Below are positions 28,715 to 39,453 of a stretch of 64,000 nucleotides of DNA, piece by piece. The notes under the pieces were generated by a model. It saw only the letters and a list, made by a program, of their open reading frames with translations, was not told the origin of the DNA and did not search any database. This DNA is from an uncultured Holophaga sp. (GTDB lineage Bacteria; Acidobacteriota; Holophagae; Holophagales; Holophagaceae), in NCBI GenBank assembly GCA_963664825.1, contig OY761614.1, forward strand, positions 3,200,001 to 3,264,000, read 5' to 3'. The stretch's first letter is position 1; every line of letters begins with the position of its first letter. The translations under genes were made by a program, and so were the position numbers.

Positions 28715-29235
28715 CAGGGCAGGGCCTCGCGAAGGCCTTTCTGGTAGGCCTGATAGGTGGTGGCGTCGAAGCAGACCAGGAAGACCTTCTCGAGGATGGG
28801 GTTCTTCTGGAGGAAGGCCAGGATGCTCCGGATGGCGATGGGGGCCGCCACGTCCAAAGGGATCTGGGGCTGGCGCCCACTGCCCAGGCTGGGGAAGGCG
28901 AGAGTACGCATCCCCTGTTTCTGGGCGAGCATCAAGGCCTGGGTATAGCAGGCCGCCAGGATCTCGGGTTCCCCGTGGGCGCCGTCCATCCAGGTGGGGG
29001 CCACCGTGTGGATGACGGACTGGGCCCGGAGCTGGTAGCCCGGCGTGAGCCGCACCTCGCCAGGCTCGCAGCCTTCCAGCTTCGCGCAGGCCTGGGCCAG
29101 GGCGGGACCAGCCGCGGCGTGGACGGCCTTGTGGACAGGGCCGCCATCCAGCAGCGTGGTGTCCGTGGAATTCACCAGGGCATCGACCTCCATGGCGGTG
29201 ATATCGCCGAGTTGGAGCTGGATTCGGGAAGTCAT
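28714..29235 (-). CDS. Macrodomain protein (MacroD/YmdB-like, divergent active-site loops)
   Basis: GDIT...VDA.VN, H.AAGP.L...C, GE...T.GY.L....VIHTV.P.W and CY...L..A......LAFP motifs. Confidence 0.88.
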   Translation of the reverse strand: MTSRIQLQLGDITAMEVDALVNSTDTTLLDGGPVHKAVHAAAGPALAQACAKLEGCEPGEVRLTPGYQLRAQSVIHTVAPTWMDGAHGEPEILAACYTQALMLAQKQGMRTLAFPSLGSGRQPQIPLDVAAPIAIRSILAFLQKNPILEKVFLVCFDATTYQAYQKGLREALP

Positions 29236-29269
29236 GGCTGATCCTCTGGGAGGGAAGGGCGAATGTCCA

Positions 29270-31351
29270 TCAGATCACGCTGGGGAGGGCTTCGGCCGTG
29301 CCCCCCACCACCAGTGCCGGGCACAGGATGGTCGGCAATGCGTCGGAGACGGGCACCCCCTGGCCGTCCTTGCCGCAGGTGCCGATATCGAAGTGGTGCA
29401 GATCCGAGCCGATCCGGTGGAGCTGTTTCAGCACCTCGGGCCCGCAGCCGCTGAGGGTGGCGTTCTTCACGGGGTACTGGACCTCGCCCTTCTCGACCCA
29501 GAAGCCTTCGGTCACCTGGAAGACGAAATTGCCCGTCACCGTATCCACCTGGCCGCCCCCCATGTGGGTCACCAGCAGGCCGCGGTCCAGGCTCTGCAGG
29601 ATCGCTTCGGGCGTTTCATGGCCTGGCGCCAGGAAGGTATTCCGCATGCGGGGGATGGGCAGGTGGCGATAGCTCTCCCGGCGCCCGCTGCCCGTGGGTT
29701 CAACCCCCATGCGGCGGGCCGTCTTGCGGGACTGGAGGTAGCGCTTCAGGATGCCATTCTCGATGAGGACCACCCGCTGGGAGGGTTGACCCTCGTCGTC
29801 CACCGCCGCGCTGCCCCGTCGGTGGGGCAGGGTGCCGTCATCGATGATGGTCACACCTTCACTTGCCACCCGCTGCCCCAGCTTGCCGGCGAAGGCGCTC
29901 ATGCCCGCCAGGGCGAGATCGGCTTCCAGGCCGTGGCCGCAGGCCTCGTGGATCATGGTGCCCCCTGCGCTGCTGGCGAGGATCACCGGAAAGGTGCCCG
30001 CGGGGGCGGGACAGGCCGAGAGGGCCTGGATGGCAAGCCTCACGGCCTCTTCCACCGTGTGGGCCACGGCTTCTTTCGTGAAGAGCTCGAAGCCCCGACT
30101 CTCCCCCAGGGCCTGGTAGCCCGTCTGAAGCTGCTCCCCGGCCCCCGCTGTGACATTGAGGCGGAAGACGCTCTGCACGCGGCAATCCTCCACGCGTTCC
30201 GTGCGCCAGGCCCCTTCCTTGCGCTCCGCCGAAGCGATCCAGATGCGCTGGGTGCTATCCCCATAGCCCACGGCCACCTGGCGGATGGCCCCTGGCAGCA
30301 GGGATTCCCCGCGACTCCGAGCCAGGGCCTCGGCGCCCTTCACCAGGGCCACCTTCTCGCTCAAGGGCACCTCGGCGGGATCCCGCTCGATGGGGCTCGG
30401 CGTAGGATAATGGAAGGCATCCAGTTCGGGTAGGAGCGCCGCGGGAGCCGCGCCGGGAGCGGCCAGCATCCGGGCGGCCTCCAATAGTTCGGGCAGGGAA
30501 GGAGCGATGAGATCGGCGAAGCGGGTGGTCTCCCCTTCCATGAGGCGCAGGCTGGCGCCGAAGGTCTCGCTGGAGAGCACGTCCTCCATGCGGCCATCGT
30601 CCATGCCCAATCCACAGGCCCGGCGCTGTTCCACGAAGAGTTCGGCGTAGTCCCCGCCTTTGGAAAGCAGGGTCTCGAGCACTTCGTGGAATTCTTGGGG
30701 CCGGAATGGGGCAGGCATGGGGGCCCTCCAGATGCGGCCGCGCCGCAGCCTCCAGTCTGACAGAAGCCGGGCCTCGGCCTCCCTCAGGAAGTCCGTAAGA
30801 TCCCGGCCATCGTTGAGGATGAGGAGATCTCCATGCAGGGCCTTCTCGGCGGAGGTGGACTGGGCCTGGAGGCGGGTACGGACCTGGGCTGCTCCCAGGC
30901 CGTCCCGAGAGAGGACCCGTTGGATGCGCAAGGGCTCCGGCGCCTCCACGACCCAGAGGGCGTCGAAGTGGTGGCCCTTCCCCCCCTCGATCCAGAGGGC
31001 CGCGTCCAGGATGGCGCCCTTCGTCTCTCGTGGCAGCGCCGCCAGCCGGCTCGCGATGCGGGCCTCGATCCTGGGGTGGAGGAGGGCCTCCAGGCGCGCG
31101 CGCAGGGCGGGTTCCCCGAAGGCGCAGGCGCCTAAGGCGGCGCGATCCAGTGTGCCATCGGCGGCTAGGATTTCTGCACCGAAGGTCTGGACCAGGGCTT
31201 GGAGCCCCTCCGTGCACGGCGCCACCACCTCCCGGGCCACCTGATCGGCGTCGATGACGACCCAGCCCCGCTGGGCCATGAATCGAGCGATGAAGCTCTT
31301 GCCGGAGGCGATGCCCCCCGTGAGGCCGAGGATGGGGAAGGGATGGTCCAT
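29270..31351 (-). CDS. Dephospho-CoA kinase (CoaE) fused in frame to TldD metalloprotease
   Basis: N-terminal ~200 aa: GLTGGIASGKS, IDAD, LHP and R...RD. C-terminal ~480 aa: GGDYAELF.E, HEACGHGLEAD, DDEG, RRESY...P.PRMRNT and CGK.GQ.VPV. No stop between the two parts. Confidence 0.88.
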   Translation of the reverse strand: MDHPFPILGLTGGIASGKSFIARFMAQRGWVVIDADQVAREVVAPCTEGLQALVQTFGAEILAADGTLDRAALGACAFGEPALRARLEALLHPRIEARIASRLAALPRETKGAILDAALWIEGGKGHHFDALWVVEAPEPLRIQRVLSRDGLGAAQVRTRLQAQSTSAEKALHGDLLILNDGRDLTDFLREAEARLLSDWRLRRGRIWRAPMPAPFRPQEFHEVLETLLSKGGDYAELFVEQRRACGLGMDDGRMEDVLSSETFGASLRLMEGETTRFADLIAPSLPELLEAARMLAAPGAAPAALLPELDAFHYPTPSPIERDPAEVPLSEKVALVKGAEALARSRGESLLPGAIRQVAVGYGDSTQRIWIASAERKEGAWRTERVEDCRVQSVFRLNVTAGAGEQLQTGYQALGESRGFELFTKEAVAHTVEEAVRLAIQALSACPAPAGTFPVILASSAGGTMIHEACGHGLEADLALAGMSAFAGKLGQRVASEGVTIIDDGTLPHRRGSAAVDDEGQPSQRVVLIENGILKRYLQSRKTARRMGVEPTGSGRRESYRHLPIPRMRNTFLAPGHETPEAILQSLDRGLLVTHMGGGQVDTVTGNFVFQVTEGFWVEKGEVQYPVKNATLSGCGPEVLKQLHRIGSDLHHFDIGTCGKDGQGVPVSDALPTILCPALVVGGTAEALPSVI

Positions 31352-31388
31352 GGGGAAAGGATACGGCCCCGTTCCACACCCTTCCAAA

Positions 31389-31418
31389 ATGAAATCGCGC
31401 CCTGGGGCGCGATTTCAT
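31389..31418 (-). terminator. Intrinsic terminator after sdhB
   Basis: ATGAAATCGCGCC-CTGG-GGCGCGATTTCAT, followed by a T-run on the minus strand. Confidence 0.75.
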
Positions 31419-31446
31419 GGGCTTGAGTCGGGATCAGGTTGGCGTG

Positions 31447-32208
31447 CTAGGACCTATTGGTCAGGCTCGCCCAGATGAAGTCCCTGTTCATGCGGGCGAT
31501 ATTCTCGAGTTTGATGGACTTGGGGCAGGCGGCTTCGCATTCGCCGTGGTTGGTGCAGGTGCCGAATTCCTCCTTGTCCATCTGGGCGACCATGTCCTTG
31601 ACCCGGGTGTAGCGCTCGGGCTGGCCCTGGGGCAGGAGGGCCAACTGGCTGATCTTGGCCGAGACGAAGAGCATGGCGCTGGCATTGGGACATGCCGCCA
31701 CGCAGGCCCCGCATCCGATGCAGGCGGCGGCGTCCATGGCCAAGTCAGCGCAGGTCTTCTTCACGGGGATGGCGTTGCCATCCGGGGCCGATCCCGTCGG
31801 GACGCTGACGAAGCCACCCGCGGCGATGATGCGGTCGAAGGCGCCCCGGTCCACGATCAGGTCCTTGATCACCGGGAAGGCCTTGCCCCGGAAGGGCTCG
31901 ATGGTGATCGTATCGCCGTTTTGGAAACTGCGCATGTGGAGCTGGCAGGTGGTGGTGCGCTGCCGGGGGCCGTGGGGCCTGCCGTTGATGACCAGGCCGC
32001 ACTGGCCACAGATGCCCTCGCGGCAATCGTGGTCCATGGCGATGGGTTCCTCGCCCTTGCGGATGATGCCCTCGTTGACCACATCGAGCATTTCGAGGAA
32101 GGACATCTCCGTGCTGACGCCCTTGGCTTCATAGGTGACGAAGCGGCCCTCGTCCTGGGCATTCTTCTGGCGCCAGACTTTCAGTGTGAGATTGAGGTGC
32201 TTTTCCAT
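31447..32208 (-). CDS. sdhB: Succinate dehydrogenase/fumarate reductase iron-sulfur subunit
   Basis: [27 protein letters not shown] and CTN.GEC...CP motifs. Confidence 0.95.
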   Translation of the reverse strand: MEKHLNLTLKVWRQKNAQDEGRFVTYEAKGVSTEMSFLEMLDVVNEGIIRKGEEPIAMDHDCREGICGQCGLVINGRPHGPRQRTTTCQLHMRSFQNGDTITIEPFRGKAFPVIKDLIVDRGAFDRIIAAGGFVSVPTGSAPDGNAIPVKKTCADLAMDAAACIGCGACVAACPNASAMLFVSAKISQLALLPQGQPERYTRVKDMVAQMDKEEFGTCTNHGECEAACPKSIKLENIARMNRDFIWASLTNRS

Positions 32209-32218
32209 GGTTCAGCCC

Positions 32219-34138
<1,920 letters not shown>

Positions 34139-34149
34139 GGAAGGGTCCT

Positions 34150-34854
34150 TTAGCGGATGACGCCAGCCAGCACGGCGATAGGAAAGGAGATGTTGCCGCC
34201 CACCACCGCCAGGGTGATCACGGAGGCGAAGACGCGCCGGAGCTTGTCGTAGCGAGGATGGGCCAGGCCGAAGGTCTGGGTCAGGCTCCAGACGCCATGC
34301 CACATGTGGAGCCCCAGGCAGAGCATGCCGACGATGTAGAAGGCGCTGGCGCCCACCCGCTTGAAGCCCATTACGAAGTTCTCAAAGGCGTGGTAGCCGT
34401 TTGCGTCCGGGTGCATGTAGCCGGGGTGCATCTGGCCCGTGGTGAGGTGGAGCAGGTGGTAGAGAATGAAGCACGCGAGAATCACGCCGGTGTAGCGCAT
34501 GGTGCGGGAGGACCAGGTGGCCGATTGGAGCTGCTGGGCCCGGTAGCCCTTGGGGCGAGCCTTCCAGTTGTCCAGGGTCAGGCTCAGGGCCGCCCAGCCA
34601 TGCAGGATGACCGCCACGAGCATTACGACCCGGAAGATCCAGATGCCGGCGCCATGGATCATGGTGTGTAGGAGTTCGGCATAGTGGTTCATCGGCTTCG
34701 GGCCCATGTAAGCCTGCATATTGCCAAGCATATGGACCGTCACGAAGCCGAAGAGGATGGTGCCCGTCACGGCCATGACGACCTTCTTCCCGACGGAGGA
34801 ATCCAGGAAACCGACCCTCCTCGCACTATCTAGGTACTGTTCAGCGACAGGCAT
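34150..34854 (-). CDS. sdhC: Succinate dehydrogenase cytochrome b558 subunit (single five-TM anchor)
   Basis: SSVGKK..MA.TG, H..GN, SSRTM..TG, YHL.H and LH..HG heme histidines. Confidence 0.92.
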   Translation of the reverse strand: MPVAEQYLDSARRVGFLDSSVGKKVVMAVTGTILFGFVTVHMLGNMQAYMGPKPMNHYAELLHTMIHGAGIWIFRVVMLVAVILHGWAALSLTLDNWKARPKGYRAQQLQSATWSSRTMRYTGVILACFILYHLLHLTTGQMHPGYMHPDANGYHAFENFVMGFKRVGASAFYIVGMLCLGLHMWHGVWSLTQTFGLAHPRYDKLRRVFASVITLAVVGGNISFPIAVLAGVIR

Positions 34855-34986
34855 CGGCGCTCCTTCCAGGAAACAAGATTTCAGGCCCCCACGGACACGT
34901 CCGGATGGGCTTCAGGGTAGCCCCCGATTCTGGCAAGGAGTGGCCGCCCTGTGGAGCGTTATTTTCTGAAGCCACCCTCCCTGAAC

Positions 34987-35018
34987 GGAAAACGCCGCCT
35001 CGAAAGGCGGCGTTTTCC
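34987..35018 (-). terminator. Intrinsic terminator after the pyrophosphatase gene (symmetric)
   Basis: GGAAAACGCCGCCT-CGAA-AGGCGGCGTTTTCC, a perfect hairpin. Confidence 0.8.
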
Positions 35019-35032
35019 ATGAACGAAGCGTT

Positions 35033-37561
35033 CTAATTTTCGGAATCCGAATCCATGAGGCCCGGAGTTTCCTTCTTGCTATGAAGCACGCCCCAAACGA
35101 TGGCGCCGACGCAGATCAGGGCCATGAGGGTGCCGACCAGCTTGTGGGTGCCGCCACTCAGGGAATACTTCATGATCACCCCCAGGAGGAGCAGGCTGAC
35201 CATATTCATCACCTTGATGAGTGGATTGATGGCCGGACCGGCCGTGTCCTTGAGAGGATCACCCACGGTGTCGCCGGTGACTGCGGCCTTGTGGGCATCG
35301 CTGCCCTTGCCGCCATACACGCCATCCTCGATCATCTTCTTGGCGTTATCCCAGGCACCGCCCGCATTGGCCATGAAGACGGCCAGCAATTGGCCGACCA
35401 CAATGATGCCCGCCAGGAATCCACCCAGGGCATAGGGTCCAAGCAGGAGGCCGACGGCCACAGGAGCGCAGATGGCCAGGAGTGCAGGGCCAATGAGTTC
35501 CTTCTGGGCGGTGTTGGTGCAGATATCGACCACACGGCCGTAGTCAGGCTTCTTGGTGCCGGCCCAGATTTCCTTGTCCTGGAACTGCACCCGGCATTCC
35601 TTGACGATGTAGTAGGCGGCGTGACCCACTGCGCGGATCAGGCTGGAGCTGAAGAGGAAGGGCACGGCACCGCCCAGCAGGAGGCCGATGAGCACGCGCG
35701 GGTCAGCCACGGTCAACATGCCTTTGATGTGGTCGTACTGCGCACCGGTCATGGTGGCCAGCTTGTCCTCGCTGCCCACGGCTATAACCGCGATGAAGCT
35801 GGAGAAGAGGCTGACGCCGGCGATGACGGCCGAACCGATGGCGATGCCCTTGGTCTCGGCCTTGGTGGTGTTGCCCACGGCGTCGAGATCGGCCAGGATC
35901 TGGCGAGCCCGCTTGTAGCTACCGGGCGCTTCCTTTTCCATTTCGTCCTTGTCGTAGCCCATTTCGCCGATGCCATTGGCATTGTCGGCCACGGGCCCAA
36001 ACACGTCCATGGAGATGGTATTGCCCGTGAGGGTCAGCATGCCGATACCGGCCATGGCCACGCCGTAGGCGATGAAGGTGGGCGGTGTCCCGGCATAGAC
36101 GAGGACGGACAGGAAGATGGCGACGACCAGGACCACCAGGGTCACGACGGTGGATTCGTAGCCGACGGCGAAGCCTTCGATGATATTGGTGGCATGGCCC
36201 GTGGTGCAGGCTTTGGCCAGGCCCTTTACCGGCGCGTGGCTGGTGTGGGTGTAGTAGCTGGTGACCTTATTGAGGGCGATGGCCAGGAAGACACCAATGA
36301 GGCAGGTGATAGCCGGGCGCAGATCGAGGCCGGAGACGCCAAAGTTGGCCCAGATGGGCAGATTGGCGGGATTGCCTCCGGGGAAGCCGGCAGCGGCCAG
36401 GGGATTGGCGGCCATGTAGGCGGCATCGAAGTGCAGGTAGAACCAGCCCAGGATGAAGAAGCCCATCACCGAAATGAGGGAGCCGATCCAGAAACCGCGG
36501 TGAACGCTCTTCAGGGCCGTGTCTGAGGTATCGTTGGGCCCGGCCTTCACCGTGTAGGTGGAGATGATGGAACCCAACACACCGATGCCGCGCACCAGAA
36601 GCGGGAAGAGCACGCCCTTGTGGCCGAAGGTGGCCATGCCCAGGATCATGGCGGCCACGATGGTCACTTCGTAGCTCTCGAAGATATCGGCAGCCATGCC
36701 GGCGCAATCACCCACGTTGTCGCCCACGTTATCGGCGATGGTGGCGGCGTTGCGGGGGTCGTCTTCGGGGATATCCTTTTCGATCTTGCCGACAAGGTCG
36801 GCGCCCACGTCTGCGGCCTTGGTGTAGATGCCGCCGCCCACTCGCATGAAGAGTGCCAGCAGCGTGCCGCCGAAGCCGAAGCCCAGCAGGGCCTCGTAGG
36901 CCTGCGCGCCGTAGAGCAGGAAGATCAGGGTGCCGCCCAGGAGACCCAGACCATCGGTCAACATGCCGGTGATGGTGCCCGTGCGGTAGCCCAACTGCAT
37001 GGCCTCGCCGTAGGAACGCTTGGCGGCTGCCGCCACGCGCAGATTGCCGGTGGTGGCCAAGCGCATGCCCACAAAGCCCACGGACCAGGAGAAGAGCGCG
37101 CCCACCAGGAAGGAGATGGCACGGCCGTATTTGAAGGCCGACACGCTACCCTGAGTGGTGAAGTAGAGCACCAGGGTGATGATGATGATGAGGGGCCCGA
37201 TCTTCTTGAACTGGGCGGCCAGATAGGAATTGGCGCCCTCGCGGATCGCCGAGGCGATCTCCTGCATCTTGGTGGTGCCCTTGTCGGCGGCCTTGACCTG
37301 CCTGACTAGGAGCAGGGCGTAGAGCAGGCCCAGCACCGCGATGCAAAGGACGACGACGAGGCTGACGCGCTCGAAAAGCCCGAAATCAGGACTACGAAAG
37401 GGCGCGAAGAACTGGAAGACGTTTTCCGCGTGGTCCGCCACTGCGGCAGCCTGGCCCGGCTGCATGGCATAGGCCGTGGCGAAGAAACACAACATCGCCA
37501 CTAGGTATAGTTTCCGTTTCAAGGGCGTATTCAGCAGCCCGTTGATCCATCTCCGCATCAT
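35033..37561 (-). CDS. hppA: Membrane-bound ion-translocating pyrophosphatase, K+-independent signature
   Basis: GGGIYTKAADVGADLVGK, DNVGDNVGD, GP..DNA.G, GNTTKA, GGAWDNAKK and GDTVGDP.KD motifs. Confidence 0.95.
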   Translation of the reverse strand: MMRRWINGLLNTPLKRKLYLVAMLCFFATAYAMQPGQAAAVADHAENVFQFFAPFRSPDFGLFERVSLVVVLCIAVLGLLYALLLVRQVKAADKGTTKMQEIASAIREGANSYLAAQFKKIGPLIIIITLVLYFTTQGSVSAFKYGRAISFLVGALFSWSVGFVGMRLATTGNLRVAAAAKRSYGEAMQLGYRTGTITGMLTDGLGLLGGTLIFLLYGAQAYEALLGFGFGGTLLALFMRVGGGIYTKAADVGADLVGKIEKDIPEDDPRNAATIADNVGDNVGDCAGMAADIFESYEVTIVAAMILGMATFGHKGVLFPLLVRGIGVLGSIISTYTVKAGPNDTSDTALKSVHRGFWIGSLISVMGFFILGWFYLHFDAAYMAANPLAAAGFPGGNPANLPIWANFGVSGLDLRPAITCLIGVFLAIALNKVTSYYTHTSHAPVKGLAKACTTGHATNIIEGFAVGYESTVVTLVVLVVAIFLSVLVYAGTPPTFIAYGVAMAGIGMLTLTGNTISMDVFGPVADNANGIGEMGYDKDEMEKEAPGSYKRARQILADLDAVGNTTKAETKGIAIGSAVIAGVSLFSSFIAVIAVGSEDKLATMTGAQYDHIKGMLTVADPRVLIGLLLGGAVPFLFSSSLIRAVGHAAYYIVKECRVQFQDKEIWAGTKKPDYGRVVDICTNTAQKELIGPALLAICAPVAVGLLLGPYALGGFLAGIIVVGQLLAVFMANAGGAWDNAKKMIEDGVYGGKGSDAHKAAVTGDTVGDPLKDTAGPAINPLIKVMNMVSLLLLGVIMKYSLSGGTHKLVGTLMALICVGAIVWGVLHSKKETPGLMDSDSEN

Positions 37562-37834
37562 GGATGCTCCTTAGAAATAAGGTGAATGGAATGACCCCTA
37601 GTGGTGCGCGGGGGCCCATGTGGGAAAGCGTCTGTCAATACGGGAGTCTGTTCGGCCCTAGCCTAGCATAATGCCCACCTGCGTCAATAAATCCGGGGAT
37701 CTGGACCCCGTGCTGGACTCCGAATCATTGTAATTACAGATGCCCGCTGGTGAAATTTCAGTCGGATAGGGATTCCACGGCCCGGGAGAGGGTGCGGCTT
37801 CCGCTAGACTGTTCGAGTCCTTCGAAAGGAAATC

Positions 37835-38230
37835 ATGTCTCGTCCCTGCCCATGCACCTCCAAACTCACCTATGACAAGTGCTGCGAACCCTTCCTGACA
37901 GGGAGGGCCATTCCCGATAGCGCCGAGAAACTGATGCGCAGCCGCTTCACGGCCTATTCCCTCTGCCGGGCCGACTACCTGGTTGCCACCACGGCTCCCG
38001 AAAAGCGCGAGGAATTGGATCCCGAAGAACTCGGCCGCTACTGCCACGCCGTCAAGTGCATCTCCCTCAAGATCCTCAGCCGGGAAGCGGGCGGCCCCGG
38101 GGATGAGACGGGCGTGGTCATCTTCCACGCCAGCCTCCAGATCAACGGCAAGCGCATGCTGCACCGGGAGCGGAGCACCTTCCGCCGAGAGGATGGCCGC
38201 TGGTTCTACGTGGATGGCGAAACGAACTGA
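37835..38230 (+). CDS. YchJ family (SEC-C motif) protein
   Basis: CPC.S...Y..CC.P, AE.LMRSR..AY and E.S.F....G.W.Y.DG. RBS AAGGA. Confidence 0.9.
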   Translation: MSRPCPCTSKLTYDKCCEPFLTGRAIPDSAEKLMRSRFTAYSLCRADYLVATTAPEKREELDPEELGRYCHAVKCISLKILSREAGGPGDETGVVIFHASLQINGKRMLHRERSTFRREDGRWFYVDGETN

Positions 38231-38263
38231 GGGGCTCACAAGAGACTGAATGACCCGAGCCGA

Positions 38264-39322
38264 CTAGACTCCGCTGCGGGCCAATTCTTCGTTGATCTCC
38301 GCAGGAAGGCCCGGCCCGTTGAAGATGAGGGCCGAGTAGATCTGCACCAGGGCCGCACCAGCCTCCAGGGCCGACCGGGCATCGTCTCCGCTTCCGATGC
38401 CGCCGCAGGCCATGAGCTTCATCCCCCGGGGCAGGCGCTGGAGGATGCGCCGCTGGATCTCCGTGGCCTTCACCTTGAGGCCGCGTCCCGAGAGGCCCCC
38501 CTCCCCCCAGGATTCCACCGTGGGGCGATTGATCTGGGAAATGATGCCCCGGTCCAGGGTGGTATTGGTGGCGATGATGCCTTCGAGCCCTGAGGCGACG
38601 ATCACTTCCAGGATGGCGTCCAACTCCCCCTCCGTGAGATCGGGCGCCAGCTTCACGAAGAGGGGCTGAGCCTCCAGGCCCATCTCCTTCCGAGTGCCCA
38701 GCAGGCCTTCCAGGAGCGGTTGGAGGGCTTCGGGAGCCTGCAGCTTCCGGAGCCCGGGAGTATTCGGGGAGCTGATATTGATGGCCGTGTAATCCACATG
38801 AGGCGCCAGCAGACGATAGGCGGTCCGATAGTCCTCCAGGGCACCCTCCGGGGGGGTCACCTTGTTCTTGCCGATATTCCCACCGACGATGAGCCCCGCG
38901 GGGCGCTTCTTCAGGCGCCGGGCCACCACGTCCGCCCCCTCGGAATTGAAGCCCATGCGGTTGAGGATCAGGCCCTCCTGGGGCAGGCGGAAGAGCCGGG
39001 GCTGGGGGTTGCCCGGCTGGGGACGGGGCGTGACCGTGCCGATCTCCACGAAGCCGAAGCCCAGCGCCTTCCAGAGGGGGAGCAGTTCGGCCCCCTTATC
39101 GAGTCCTGCGGCGAGGCCGAGGGGAGACTGGAAATGGAGGCCGCAGACATCGCGAGCCAGGGCAGGGGCGGGACGCCCCGCCACGGAGGCCAGGAGCGGT
39201 AGGGTGCCTGGGATCGATTGGGTGACCTTCCCGCACCGGAAGGCCAGGGCGTGGGCGGATTCCGCGTCCAGGCGGAAGAGTAGAGGGCGGACCGTTCGAT
39301 AGGCACTGGGCAGGAAGGACAT
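38264..39322 (-). CDS. pyrD: Quinone-dependent dihydroorotate dehydrogenase (class 2)
   Basis: GLAAG.DK, GTVTPRPQPGNP.PRLFRL, NRMGFN, NIGKNK, NISSPNTPGLR and KLAPDL motifs. Confidence 0.95.
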   Translation of the reverse strand: MSFLPSAYRTVRPLLFRLDAESAHALAFRCGKVTQSIPGTLPLLASVAGRPAPALARDVCGLHFQSPLGLAAGLDKGAELLPLWKALGFGFVEIGTVTPRPQPGNPQPRLFRLPQEGLILNRMGFNSEGADVVARRLKKRPAGLIVGGNIGKNKVTPPEGALEDYRTAYRLLAPHVDYTAINISSPNTPGLRKLQAPEALQPLLEGLLGTRKEMGLEAQPLFVKLAPDLTEGELDAILEVIVASGLEGIIATNTTLDRGIISQINRPTVESWGEGGLSGRGLKVKATEIQRRILQRLPRGMKLMACGGIGSGDDARSALEAGAALVQIYSALIFNGPGLPAEINEELARSGV

Positions 39323-39453
39323 GGACCGATCTCCGGCATCTCCGCGATAGACACAGAGGCATTTCACGATTGTGAGGGCTTTGGCGGGGCGGCGGGAAGG
39401 GCTCCGTGGATCCGCTATGCTGGATTGTGGCAATGTTCCAGACCCGAGGCCCC

